DNA from: Candidatus Latescibacterota bacterium
GTDB lineage: Bacteria > Latescibacterota > UBA2968 > GCA-2709665
Length of the DNA: 64,000 nucleotides
Direction of reading: 5' to 3'
NCBI GenBank assembly: GCA_965208835.1
Contig: OZ242358.1
Location: forward strand, 3,072,001-3,136,000
Every line of letters begins with the position of its first letter. The stretch's first letter is position 1. The position numbers were made by a program, and so were the translations under genes. Of the stretch, positions 28,053 to 38,032 are shown one piece after another. The notes beneath the pieces are model-generated. The model was not told where the DNA came from and made no database searches. It was given only the letters and a program-made list of their open reading frames with translations.

Positions 28053-28919
28053 CTACGCACTTCCTCCAATTTCATTTGGCTGCCATCGATTCTGTACGCG
28101 GAACTTTTCGAATTCCTCGCAATGTTTGGGATTCGCAAAATCAATGATACCAACCACAGTGTGGTACGAGGGTATCGGTAACGGTTCTAGCAATTGCACG
28201 TGTACGATCAAGAGTCCTACCAATCCCATACCATATTGCGCTGTTCGTACTTCAATTTGAAAGCTGGTCTTTACTTCGATTGTTCCAGAAAGAGTTCCTT
28301 TGTGCGGAGACTTGGATCCTCCGACGATGGACAGAACGTCTTCGGATTTCCCAAGAATCACATCAGTAACAAGAGGCATGAACAACCTTCCTCCGAGTTC
28401 TGCAACTGCATAACTATATGCAATCTTCGCGATCCATCGAGCAAATCGGTATGGCTCAGCCACAAATGTATGCGTACGGTCCCACTCTTCATGCCTCTTC
28501 TGCATCGCCATTTCGTCTGTGTGACTTGCAAGCATCGATACTGTAAAGTCGTTTTCGCGAGCCGGACCGCCTGAGAGTATGCGCGCATCCCGGAATTGAT
28601 ATAAGGGAACAGGCGTTGCGTGTTCGCGGATGGGAATGTGCATTTTCGATCCGTCCGGCCGACGTAGCTCGGATGTAGAACGTCGACCTTTCTTGTTTCT
28701 CGTCGGAAAATTGTGTTTGACCCGGAAATCTCCCCACTCACTTTGTAAGATTGGCCCTTCGATCTGACGATTTATTATCTTCTCGCAATCTCTGCAACTT
28801 GATTTAGGCAGGATTAGTCGACCACCTAGCGCAAGCGGGAGAATGTGCTCGTCACCAAAAGGACCTTCGCTGTTACCGCAGTAGATGCACCTATCTACAG
28901 GGGCATACCTGTTGTTCAT
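28053..28919 (-). CDS. HNH endonuclease
   Basis: CIYCG...DEHILPLALGG...CRDC...N at the N-terminus; low GC. Confidence 0.8.
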   Translation of the reverse strand: MNNRYAPVDRCIYCGNSEGPFGDEHILPLALGGRLILPKSSCRDCEKIINRQIEGPILQSEWGDFRVKHNFPTRNKKGRRSTSELRRPDGSKMHIPIREHATPVPLYQFRDARILSGGPARENDFTVSMLASHTDEMAMQKRHEEWDRTHTFVAEPYRFARWIAKIAYSYAVAELGGRLFMPLVTDVILGKSEDVLSIVGGSKSPHKGTLSGTIEVKTSFQIEVRTAQYGMGLVGLLIVHVQLLEPLPIPSYHTVVGIIDFANPKHCEEFEKFRVQNRWQPNEIGGSA

Positions 28920-29117
28920 CGCGGACCCAAAATTAGCCAATTTACGACAAATGGGTTTGTCATAAGGGTTTCCATCCCACCCTTTCGCATCTGTGCAAAG
29001 GCGCAGCGATATTGGATCGACTCTGCCGCAACACATGCTTGATCGCGGCTGATGTCCGTCAACTCTGCCGTCGCATTTTTTCTATTGCCCAATTCTGTAA
29101 AGTGCTGCTTTTCTCCC

Positions 29118-31142
29118 CTACCTGAGTACTCGATTGACTCGCTTAATGAGCTCTACCCAAGAATTGCGTTCGTCTTCTGAAAGATCATCGGCGCTGTGAT
29201 TGCGGGTCCAACGCAGGTAGGCCTTTGCGAGTCGGTACTTTGAGAAACCAGTCAATTCAGCCTCGAAGATATTGGCAATTGGCCGCTTTAGCTGCTCGGC
29301 AGCCACTTCACTGACATCCAAGCCAAATTCCGATTTGGCAATTTTAACTAGAGTGCTACGTAGGAGATCTTCTATCTCGGGCTTGGCGATCTCGCCGGGG
29401 CAGACATCGCCAGTGCGGAGGATGTTCCTGTTCCCAAGAGTGTGTATCAATGTGTCCTGTTTAGCCGCCCGATCACCTGCATTGTCGGAATCCAGCAGAG
29501 CGGCCACTTTGAGATTGTTGGCATGCAAAATAGTTGCAAAATAAACGACCTTACCTGCGGCGTCCGCAGGGAGCAGTGCGATCTTTGTATTCAGGTCGGC
29601 GGTGTCGGCGTCGCGCAAGAGTTGAGCAGTTGCATCGAAGTACCAGTAGTCCGTGAGGCCCTCCAGAACCAGGTTGCGTTGCTGAGCGAACAGACTCTGA
29701 GCCAAATCGTACCCAAGGGCTTCTTGTAAAGGAAGAAGGGCGGCCGGGTCGTTCGCAGTAACGCTGGTATGCACCTTTGTACCATCGTCCCGGTCGGTCA
29801 TCTCCACGACGCGAACAAAGTCCAGTTCATCTGGTCCAACAAGGAAGGGCGAATGCGTAGTATAAATTGTCTGGTTGCCTTCGGCGAGTCGTGAGATGGT
29901 CTGCCGGAATTCACGCTGCTTGAGACCGTGGAGACTGAGCCCGGGTTCATCCAGTAGCAAGATAGCGTTGGCGTGAGCGTCATCCGCTTCGGCGAAGAAT
30001 ACAACGAAGAACGAAACAAGCCACTGAAACCCTGCGGAGCGCTGGTCGACCTCGATCTGGACTCCCAGTTCGTCTTCGACTACTACTTTAAGGTATTGTC
30101 CGTCGGCTTGTATCAGTACGGTATCCGCTTCTGCGCGAGTGTGATCGGGGTTCCAAATCGATCGGATTTCACCTGTAAGGCGAACGCTGGCTGCATTGAG
30201 TTTGATGCTGCGCTCGTCGAGTTGGCTGCGGAATTGGTCGAATGCTTCTTGATCATCCCCAGGATCAGGAGCTTCCCCAAGGTTCGCCAGCTCTCGGGGG
30301 TCGAAGCCAAGCAGCTTGAGCAGGCACAGATTACCATAGTCATATTGGTCATCGTCAAGTAGGCCACCCTCAACACGGTCGGCGAAGTGGCGCAGGTGGA
30401 GATTAGGACGAACTCGGAAATAGTTGTTGAAGTAGACGAACACTGGGATTCGACTATTGAGTTCGTTGAGGGCCGCGTCGCGGTCCTCGGGTATCCGCGT
30501 ATATCCGAGGAGACGAGTGTGGCGTTGTTCCTCGGTTGCGTTGTTCTCGTCGACGAAATTGAAGACCTCGTCGAGCCAGTTCCTTAACTCGTCTGCACGA
30601 TCGCCTTCGATCTTAGTTTTCCCGACCTGCCATTCAGCAATTACATTATTGAGGTCTGAAGCGAGTGTGGGCTCGTCGTGCCCTCCTTCTTCATCGGCAG
30701 TGCTGTTGACATGGGTCGCCAAGCGCAGAAGGTCCTTGCGAATCTCTTCGCTATACACGACAACTTCCGGCCCGTCTTCGAGCCAATGGGTTAACTCGTT
30801 GTCGAGGTGTCGGGAGCAGCCGTACACCGTTGGGCAGAACCCTTCAGGAAATCCGGAAAGGTCGTCTGGCTCGAGTTCAAAACGAGCGGAAACGACAGGA
30901 ATATCGCTAGGGTCGTGCTTCTGGGATTGGATGTCGGCGTTGTAGAGTTTGCGTGGGTAGTCGCGCAGAGGGTCGAACCCCTTCACCTCAGCGGGAGGGT
31001 TGATCCGCTGAAGGGCCTCAAGTACGGCAGTTTTACCGGCCTCATTAGGCCCGACTAGGATTGTCTTGGCCTGCTCGACTTCAAACCATCCAGTGTCACG
31101 GACACACCGATAGTTTTGCACCCGCACTTGAATCAGTCTCAT
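29118..31142 (-). CDS. OLD-family ATP-dependent nuclease (ABC ATPase + TOPRIM)
   Basis: Walker A GPNEAGKT, RSAGFQW, Walker B LLLDEPG, YTTHSPF; TOPRIM VLEGLTD and LLDSD. Confidence 0.88.
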   Translation of the reverse strand: MRLIQVRVQNYRCVRDTGWFEVEQAKTILVGPNEAGKTAVLEALQRINPPAEVKGFDPLRDYPRKLYNADIQSQKHDPSDIPVVSARFELEPDDLSGFPEGFCPTVYGCSRHLDNELTHWLEDGPEVVVYSEEIRKDLLRLATHVNSTADEEGGHDEPTLASDLNNVIAEWQVGKTKIEGDRADELRNWLDEVFNFVDENNATEEQRHTRLLGYTRIPEDRDAALNELNSRIPVFVYFNNYFRVRPNLHLRHFADRVEGGLLDDDQYDYGNLCLLKLLGFDPRELANLGEAPDPGDDQEAFDQFRSQLDERSIKLNAASVRLTGEIRSIWNPDHTRAEADTVLIQADGQYLKVVVEDELGVQIEVDQRSAGFQWLVSFFVVFFAEADDAHANAILLLDEPGLSLHGLKQREFRQTISRLAEGNQTIYTTHSPFLVGPDELDFVRVVEMTDRDDGTKVHTSVTANDPAALLPLQEALGYDLAQSLFAQQRNLVLEGLTDYWYFDATAQLLRDADTADLNTKIALLPADAAGKVVYFATILHANNLKVAALLDSDNAGDRAAKQDTLIHTLGNRNILRTGDVCPGEIAKPEIEDLLRSTLVKIAKSEFGLDVSEVAAEQLKRPIANIFEAELTGFSKYRLAKAYLRWTRNHSADDLSEDERNSWVELIKRVNRVLR

Positions 31143-31294
31143 CGTTGTGCCTCCGACGTGAAAGCCTTCATTTCTTCGACTTTCGAAATTGGTTTAAACT
31201 AAGATGCGTTGGGCAAAATGCCCTTTGATTTCGTAGTACCAACGTTTTATGTTTTGATCTTGGTCAACGAACAGCTATCCACACTGCTGTCGGA

Positions 31295-34200
31295 TTATCG
31301 TGCCGCAACGGAATCATACGCCAGGCCGAACACCGTATCAGCCATCCAGCGCTTGAAATCCTTGTCGTCCATATACCGCTTGAACAGCTCGGTGTCATCC
31401 TTCATCACTCCGGTCATCACGCGCAGCAGCGCCTTGTCGTGTTCGATTCGTGCATTCTGGCGGTCGGAGTTCACCCGGGCGTTTCGGAAGGCCGTGTCGG
31501 CGGCGACGCGGGCCGGAATGGTTTCTGTGATGAGCTGCTTGACGCGGTCTTTATCCTCCCATTCGATATCTCCGAAATGCTCGTTGAATACGCGAAGTAT
31601 GTTTGAGAGTCGATCCAATTCCAGCTCCGGTTGATGCCCTCCCCCTGAACCCGGTACCGGATCGATCTCGGCATCTTCGTCCTCTAACAGGATCTTTTGC
31701 ATCGCCCGCTTCTCCACCCGGTAGCTGTCCAGATCGATCGCGTCTAGGATTCCCTTGGATAGGTCCTCTTCCTCGGGCGCCGGCAACTTCGGGACCAGGA
31801 AGTTCAGGAAGATAGAACGCTTTTCCCATTCGACAACATTGTACGGAAGGACGGATGAGAGAAAGGCGTACGTTCGCACGAATGCTTTGGCGTTCCCCTT
31901 GAATGCGACCTGGCCTTCTTCGTCCAGGTCGTGTCGATAGACAGCGACACAAGCGTCCAAAATAGGATCCAGCCGGTCGCGTTCGACACCTTCCAGATAG
32001 AGCCGCACAAACTCGTCGATCTTCATTTCAGAATAGACCTGGGGTCCGTCCAGTTCCGCCTGCAGGTCGTGCAGCTTGTTCGGGTCCGTCTCATCGGCCA
32101 GAATCGTCGTCCGGTAGAAGTCAGAAAACGCATCTTGAATCGTATCGGTGTCGTTGAGAAAGTCGAAGACGAACACGTCGTGTTTCTTCGGGTGGGCCCG
32201 GTTGAGCCGTGACAGCGTCTGCACGGCCTTGATGCCGGACAGCGTCTTGTCTACGTACATGGTGTGCAACAATGGCTCGTCGTAGCCGGTCTGAAATTTG
32301 TCCGCGCACACCAGGAACCGGTACGGATCCTCCTGAAATCGCCTGGCGATCTGGGCCGAAGGCAGACCGTTCAGCGACGCCTCGCTTACCCTGCCGCCGC
32401 CGAAGTCATGTTCGCCGGAGAACGCGACCAGCGCCTCAAATTGGCTCTTGCGCTCCTTGAGATAGTCGCGGATGGCATGGTAGTACTGAATCGCGCGCTC
32501 GATGCCGTTCGTGACCACCATCGCCCGCGCCGCGCCGCCGATCTTACCCTGCTTCAGCACCTGGTCGTGGAAGTGGTCGACCATGATCTCCGCCTTAAGG
32601 CGGATCGCGTGCTCGCTGCCCTCCACGAAGCGGCGCAGCTTCTTCTGCGCCTTGCGAGCGTCGAACTCGGGGTCGTCTTCGACCGTCTTTGCAAGCTTGT
32701 AGTAGCTCGCCACAGGCGTATAGTGCGACAGTACGTCCAGGATGAATCCTTCCTGGATCGCCTGCTTCATGGTGTAGCTGTGGAACGCGCGATGCCTCAC
32801 CGTACCGTCGGGCTGCGATTCCGGGGCGCCGAAGATCTCGAGCGTCTTGTTCTTCGGCGTGGCGGTAAACGCGAAGTAGCTGGCGTTGGGAAGCAGCTTG
32901 CGCGACTCCATCAGACGGTTGATCCGGTCCTCGAAGGTATCCTGATCGTCCTCTTCGCCCGCCACCGACAGCGCCTGAGCCATCGCCGCGCTGGTGCGAC
33001 CCCCCTGGCTCGAGTGGGCTTCGTCGATGATGATGGCGAAGCGCTTCCCCCGCTGTTCATTGCCAGTCTCATCCAGAATGAACGGGAACTTCTGGACCGT
33101 GGAGATGATGATCTTCTTCCCGCTTTCGATGAATTCACGAAGATCGCCCGAGCGGTCGGCGTGTCCGACCGTCGCCGCCACCTGGGCGTACTGCTTGATC
33201 GTGTCGCGGATCTGGCGGTCCAGGATAACCCTGTCCGTGACGACAATGATCGAGTCGAAGACCGAAGCGTCGTCCTTCTCCAACCCGATCAACTGGTGCG
33301 CGAGCCATGCGATGGAGTTGCTCTTGCCGCTGCCGGCGGAATGCTGGATCAGGTAGCGCTGACCGGCGCCGCGGTCGCCCGCGTCGGCCAGCAGGCGGCG
33401 CACCACGTCGAGTTGATGGTAGCGCGGCCAGATTTGAGTCTTTCGACTCCTTCCGCTCTTTTCGTCCTTCGACGCCACCACCTGCGCGTAATTCTCGAAG
33501 ATGTTGGTAAGACTCTCCCGGGTGAGCACTTCGCGCCAGAGATAGGCGATTGAAAGACCGTCCGGATTGGGCGGGTTGCCCGCCCCGTCGTTCCAGCCGC
33601 GGTTGAAAGGCAGAAACCAGGACGCCTTACCCTTCAGATGCGTACAAAAACGCACCTCGCGTTCGTCCAACGCGAAGTGCGCGATGCACCGCCCGAACTC
33701 AAACAGCTTTTCACGCGGGTTGCGGTCCTTTTTGTACTGCCAGACCGCATCGTCCACCGTCTGTTTGGTGAGGCTGTTCTTCAACTCGAACGTGAATACC
33801 GGCAGCCCGTTGACGAACAGCCCGATGTCCAGCGCCCGCTGCGCCTCGTCCCTGCTATAGCGAAGCTGCCGCGTAACGGTATAACGATTCAGCTCGAACA
33901 ATTCCTGGGCCTGCGGATTGCCGGCCGACGGCGTGCCGTAGAACAGGTCCAGGCTCAACGCCCCGTGCTTTATGCCGTTACGCAGGACGTCGATGGTGCC
34001 GCGTTTGCTGATTTCACCCTGGAGCCGTGTCAGAAACGCGCGCCGCACGGGGCCGTCTTCGGAAAGCGGCAACGCCTCGGCGGCCTCCGGCTGGGTGGAC
34101 CGCAGGAATGCCGACAATTGCGCCAGATCGACGCAGAACTCACGGTTATAGTCGTGGTGATTGCCGCAGCTCCAGCCGACACCGCCGTATCCGGCGGGCG

Positions 34201-34300
34201 GTTCTCCCACGGTGCCTGAAACAGGTGGCTCGCAGCCCTGGCCCGTCAGGGCGGCGCAAATCAGGCGTTCAAGCCCGCTCTCGGTGGTGTCTGTGTTCAC
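31295..34300 (-). CDS. hsdR: Type I restriction enzyme, R subunit
   Basis: Nuclease motif DIGLFVNGLP...ELKN; QHSAGSGKS; IIDEAHSSQ; FTATPK; KFQTGYDEP; QTLSRLNR. Confidence 0.97.
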   Translation of the reverse strand: MNTDTTESGLERLICAALTGQGCEPPVSGTVGEPPAGYGGVGWSCGNHHDYNREFCVDLAQLSAFLRSTQPEAAEALPLSEDGPVRRAFLTRLQGEISKRGTIDVLRNGIKHGALSLDLFYGTPSAGNPQAQELFELNRYTVTRQLRYSRDEAQRALDIGLFVNGLPVFTFELKNSLTKQTVDDAVWQYKKDRNPREKLFEFGRCIAHFALDEREVRFCTHLKGKASWFLPFNRGWNDGAGNPPNPDGLSIAYLWREVLTRESLTNIFENYAQVVASKDEKSGRSRKTQIWPRYHQLDVVRRLLADAGDRGAGQRYLIQHSAGSGKSNSIAWLAHQLIGLEKDDASVFDSIIVVTDRVILDRQIRDTIKQYAQVAATVGHADRSGDLREFIESGKKIIISTVQKFPFILDETGNEQRGKRFAIIIDEAHSSQGGRTSAAMAQALSVAGEEDDQDTFEDRINRLMESRKLLPNASYFAFTATPKNKTLEIFGAPESQPDGTVRHRAFHSYTMKQAIQEGFILDVLSHYTPVASYYKLAKTVEDDPEFDARKAQKKLRRFVEGSEHAIRLKAEIMVDHFHDQVLKQGKIGGAARAMVVTNGIERAIQYYHAIRDYLKERKSQFEALVAFSGEHDFGGGRVSEASLNGLPSAQIARRFQEDPYRFLVCADKFQTGYDEPLLHTMYVDKTLSGIKAVQTLSRLNRAHPKKHDVFVFDFLNDTDTIQDAFSDFYRTTILADETDPNKLHDLQAELDGPQVYSEMKIDEFVRLYLEGVERDRLDPILDACVAVYRHDLDEEGQVAFKGNAKAFVRTYAFLSSVLPYNVVEWEKRSIFLNFLVPKLPAPEEEDLSKGILDAIDLDSYRVEKRAMQKILLEDEDAEIDPVPGSGGGHQPELELDRLSNILRVFNEHFGDIEWEDKDRVKQLITETIPARVAADTAFRNARVNSDRQNARIEHDKALLRVMTGVMKDDTELFKRYMDDKDFKRWMADTVFGLAYDSVAAR

Positions 34301-34722
34301 TTCGGAGCCTGCTGGTGCGTGAACGGGTTGATGACCCGGAGGCCGTCGTAGTCCTGTTCTGTGCTCAAATCCTCGGAATACACGGCATCGCAGCCCAGGG
34401 CACGAGCTGCGGCGAGAATCGCGCCATCCCAGTAGGAAAGGCGAAAACGTCGGCTAATGGCAATGGCATCGAGAAATACGTCCGTCGACATGGTCTGAAT
34501 CCGGAAAAGCAGAATCGGCTCCAGGAATTGCAATGCTTTATTGCCAGAAAGACTGCCGATTCGAGTCGGCCGGGTGGCCTGGTGGTAGAACTCCTGCAGC
34601 ACCTGAACGGACGCAGCGAGGTCGGGTTCCGTCAGGACTTCCGCCGCCCGCGCCCGCTTGTCGGCCTCCCCTGGGATCTCGCTGACAGCATACAGCAGAA
34701 TGTTGGTATCTACGAATCGCAT
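34297..34722 (-). CDS. PIN domain (VapC-like) toxin
   Basis: FVDTNILLY...QVLQEF...SYWDGAI...YSEDL...NPF; stop overlaps the hsdR GTG. Confidence 0.93.
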   Translation of the reverse strand: MRFVDTNILLYAVSEIPGEADKRARAAEVLTEPDLAASVQVLQEFYHQATRPTRIGSLSGNKALQFLEPILLFRIQTMSTDVFLDAIAISRRFRLSYWDGAILAAARALGCDAVYSEDLSTEQDYDGLRVINPFTHQQAPK

Positions 34723-35072
34723 GGTGAGGATCTGAGTGCTTCGGAGATACTGCGCTGCCGCTCCCGCTCGGCGACAGCTTCGGCCCTTGCCGCGTTGCGA
34801 TCGTACAACGCCTCCCTGGGAAGGTTGTCGGACATCCGCAACCCGATACCCTGTCTATCGAAGTCCGCGAGCACCTCCCGCAGCAGCCTGCACCGACGCT
34901 GATAGATGGTTTCGACAGACCCGGAACCGGATTCCCCATCCGTGTCCGGGTTCTCTGCCAGACTCTTCAGAAAGTCTCGCACGAGGGACGATACCGACGT
35001 GTCCAATTCTGCCGCACGGATACGCGCAAGCCGATGGGTCTCTTCGTCGACGGATACGGTGATATTTCTCAT
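34710..35072 (-). CDS. RHH-type antitoxin (VapB-like)
   Basis: MRNITVSVDEE...ARIRAAELDTSVSSLVRDFL...REALYDR; overlaps the PIN gene. Confidence 0.85.
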   Translation of the reverse strand: MRNITVSVDEETHRLARIRAAELDTSVSSLVRDFLKSLAENPDTDGESGSGSVETIYQRRCRLLREVLADFDRQGIGLRMSDNLPREALYDRNAARAEAVAERERQRSISEALRSSPCDS

Positions 35073-35083
35073 AGTCACAGCCT

Positions 35084-35133
35084 CACAGTTTCTGTGTGGC
35101 ACAATATAGGCATTTGCCGGTCGATAGGCAAAT
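35084..35133 (-). promoter_or_regulatory. Putative vapBC(-hsdR) promoter and operator palindromes
   Basis: Minus strand TTGCCT (35131-35126)-17 bp-TATATT (35108-35103); inverted repeats CACAG-TTT-CTGTG (35084-35096) and ATTTGCC/GGCAAAT. Confidence 0.55.
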
Positions 35134-35640
35134 CCTGCGAGGGCGCAAATCAAGCGTTCTAACCGGTGTTCGAAGGTGTCAGTGTGCGGGTTGTCAAGTA
35201 CCCGTCAAGTAAAAATCGACCTTATAAGTCACTGAAAATACACGATTAATGATATCTACCTGATCCGAATCGGATACGTGAATGAAATCGCCAACAAGTA
35301 CCGGTATCGTCTCATTCCTTCGCCGACCACGGCATTGCAGCTCCCACCAACATTCCATAGTCACCAAGCAGGCGAACGAGCAGTACTTGACGTTCTGGGG
35401 GTACATCAGTATGCTTCCAAGCGTTCGGAGTTTGTGCCACCCATGGCCTTTTGACTTACTGGCCGGCACCTTTATACCACGAAGTCGCGCTTTTTAATAG
35501 CCGTGTTCGGCAGCCCACGCCCAGAACACCAGCAGCTGAACTACCTGATTCAAAATGCATCAACGCCATCTCACAGTCTCCCAAACCCGTGCGCCAGCGC
35601 AGTCGATTAGCGGGCCTTTATTCAATCCGAGAATTGCCAT

Positions 35641-36516
35641 ATGAATACATCTGCGCAAACATTCTCGATAAATTCAACTCAAGAAGCCTCGTTATTCGAG
35701 GCGTTCTTGCACCGATACGCGGCTTCCTCACACCCTTCACTAGGTGCCATCATTCCCAAGACGCTTTTGTCCCGTGTGTATTGCTACTGCGCGGAACAGG
35801 ACGACTTCAGACTGTTTTATGCGATATTAGATCTTGAGCTAGTCTGGCTATTTTCGCTCAAGGATAGCCATTCCCCGGCCGGACTATGGAATCAAGTATT
35901 GTGGGAACATCGGCATAGTCCGAAAACCATACTTGAAGACTTCTCCACGTTCTGCGCTCGTATGGATATCCTAGACAGCTTCAATTCAATTTCTCTGCGA
36001 CTCCGTGCGTGTTGGGACAAGTACTTGGGAATCCTGGTTCTATTGCATGAGCCAGACAAGTACGAAGTATATGCAAGAGCAACGAGCAGGAAAAGGAAGT
36101 TTACCAAAATCGCAAGAGAATGGGAGGGTAACATATCTCGCCACATTGTCCAAGCTATCACCACAGTATTTCGAAACAGGTTAGTTCATGCGCACAAGCT
36201 CTTTGGCGACAAGCTCACGAAAAAACAGATCGAAGAAACGAACCGATGCATCGAATTCTTCCTTCATCATGAATTGAAATACCCAGATCCTGCAGTTGAT
36301 CTAATGACCCAACACATTGACTCCATCGATCAGGTCAGGACCCCGGAAGCGCACGGCACAGGGGTATTGCGAAAGTGGTCTCTCGCCTCTCTCCCGCCGG
36401 ACGTTTCCAAAGACTTCTCACTGTACAATCACTCGAATGACTTTAGCGTTTATATGAATGGATTGCACCGTTCAGTAACAGATCTTGTCGGCAACGACGC
36501 AGGATCAAGTACATAA
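35641..36516 (+). CDS. Hypothetical protein, candidate HEPN ribonuclease
   Basis: All-helical, low GC; FNSISLRLRACWDKY and an RxxxxH motif RTPEAH near the C-terminus. Confidence 0.55.
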   Translation: MNTSAQTFSINSTQEASLFEAFLHRYAASSHPSLGAIIPKTLLSRVYCYCAEQDDFRLFYAILDLELVWLFSLKDSHSPAGLWNQVLWEHRHSPKTILEDFSTFCARMDILDSFNSISLRLRACWDKYLGILVLLHEPDKYEVYARATSRKRKFTKIAREWEGNISRHIVQAITTVFRNRLVHAHKLFGDKLTKKQIEETNRCIEFFLHHELKYPDPAVDLMTQHIDSIDQVRTPEAHGTGVLRKWSLASLPPDVSKDFSLYNHSNDFSVYMNGLHRSVTDLVGNDAGSST

Positions 36517-36586
36517 CTAAGGCTGTCTTCACGAAGGATCATTCGGATTCTGGCCACTGATTCTACTTGTGTCTTGAATATCCTAT

Positions 36587-38029
36587 TCATTTGGATTCGC
36601 AACGGCCGTCATGATCGATCGGATCATCTACATTGTCTTCTGCCAGTTTATCCAATTCCGGCAGTTTATCCGAAGCCCCGCGCACGTCAAGCTTACCAGT
36701 GACGACATCGGCGATCAATCGGGTGCGGTATTCGCGAAGAAGCTCGACCTCTCGATGGACGGCCGCTTGGGAACCCTCTATACCTGCCATTTCAGCTGTG
36801 ATATACTTGACGATCAGGTTTTGTTCAGTTTGCGACGGAATACCGATAGATCTTCCAGAGGTTGCCTGGAGATTGGTTCGTTGCCGGGTAGCCCCAGTCG
36901 AAAGCACGGCTGAAGCAACAGTCGAGGTAGCGGTTAGTTGGACTGCGGCAAACCTTGGTTGAATTCGAGCTTGATTTAGTCGAAACCTGAAACAATCAGC
37001 TTTCACCATTGCGGGGATGATTTTCTCCGGTGCGACACATGCTCGACCCGCTGGATGGTTGTTGTCGCCCAACCCGGCTATTAAGACGTCTCCCGAAATG
37101 ACGGAATGATCGCCCAGCGACGAATAATGTTCGGGCGAAATAAAGGCTGCGTCGGAGTCTTTGAATTCTCCATGTCCGATGTTCTGAAGCCGTACCACTC
37201 TTATTCCTTGCTCAGTATAGTGTGAAGACTTCAATCCGGAACCAAACGGCCCATCGCAACTGTCAAGGGTTACTCTCCGCAATGGAACGACATCCCAATC
37301 CTCTGGCACATTTCCCAACCACCCCACCCCGGAGTCTTTGTAAGCCAGATAGGGCTGGCCGGTTCGGACGTCGATCTGGCCCGTGACCGCCTGGTGGATG
37401 ATGGCCTGCTTTTGCTCCTCCAGCAGCGCAATCAGCTTCTGCTTCGCACGGATGTAGCGCCGGATGCGCCGGTCGGCGTGGTCAAGGAAGCGCACGATGG
37501 CGGCTTGTTCGGGTAGGGGTGGGAAAGGAACTCGTAGCTTTGATATGTCTTCTGGAGAGCATCGTTGATGGCTCTTTGTCGCCGAGTCGACTCTTGAACT
37601 CAATTCAAGCCTTACGTGCTCGGACTCATAAAGGTACCGTGCAAATTCGCCCACGCAGTATTTTGGTTCCATGGGCACAAACTCACTTGAAGCAAGTGTT
37701 GTGAGCCTGCGGTCAGGCGCTGCTAGAGCTATCGTCCCTTTTCTAGGATTCAGTTTCGACACTAGAAGCAGAATGCGGTCGACTAGAGTCTTCGATGAGT
37801 CTATAGAGAATCCCGATTCGATGACACCACCGCCAACCTCTTGGACGTTTGGAATTGAATAGTGCACAACTTGCTGTTCGGATATTTCATTTGGATCTAC
37901 AGATTGCTTAACTACGGACAGCCGACGATCAGCCCGCTGCACTTCCCATTGCTCAGGTACAAACCCTAACCATTTTTCACCGGAGTCCTTATAGCCAGGA
38001 TAGGGTTTGAGATTCGAGGTTGTCATCAT
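36587..38029 (-). CDS. hsdS: Type I R-M specificity subunit
   Basis: Repeated PYxxYKDSG..WLG..P..W motifs, PPLPEQAAIVRFLD, LLEEQKQAIIHQAVTG, LREYRTRLIADVVTGKLDVR; two TRDs. Confidence 0.96.
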   Translation of the reverse strand: MMTTSNLKPYPGYKDSGEKWLGFVPEQWEVQRADRRLSVVKQSVDPNEISEQQVVHYSIPNVQEVGGGVIESGFSIDSSKTLVDRILLLVSKLNPRKGTIALAAPDRRLTTLASSEFVPMEPKYCVGEFARYLYESEHVRLELSSRVDSATKSHQRCSPEDISKLRVPFPPLPEQAAIVRFLDHADRRIRRYIRAKQKLIALLEEQKQAIIHQAVTGQIDVRTGQPYLAYKDSGVGWLGNVPEDWDVVPLRRVTLDSCDGPFGSGLKSSHYTEQGIRVVRLQNIGHGEFKDSDAAFISPEHYSSLGDHSVISGDVLIAGLGDNNHPAGRACVAPEKIIPAMVKADCFRFRLNQARIQPRFAAVQLTATSTVASAVLSTGATRQRTNLQATSGRSIGIPSQTEQNLIVKYITAEMAGIEGSQAAVHREVELLREYRTRLIADVVTGKLDVRGASDKLPELDKLAEDNVDDPIDHDGRCESK

Positions 38030-38032
38030 CTT

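Noticed and set aside
29118-31142. Gabija or retron call for the OLD nuclease
   Set aside because: No adjacent UvrD helicase, RT or ncRNA.
35194-35469. 91-aa minus ORF with faint TIR-like words (ECWWEL...TIPVLV)
   Set aside because: No RBS and no TIR N-terminal motif; too weak to call, possibly a decayed remnant.
37331-38006. Repeated PYxxYKDSG coding sequence in hsdS as a possible shufflon site
   Set aside because: Normal internal duplication of HsdS; direct orientation, and no silent hsdS copies or invertase nearby.
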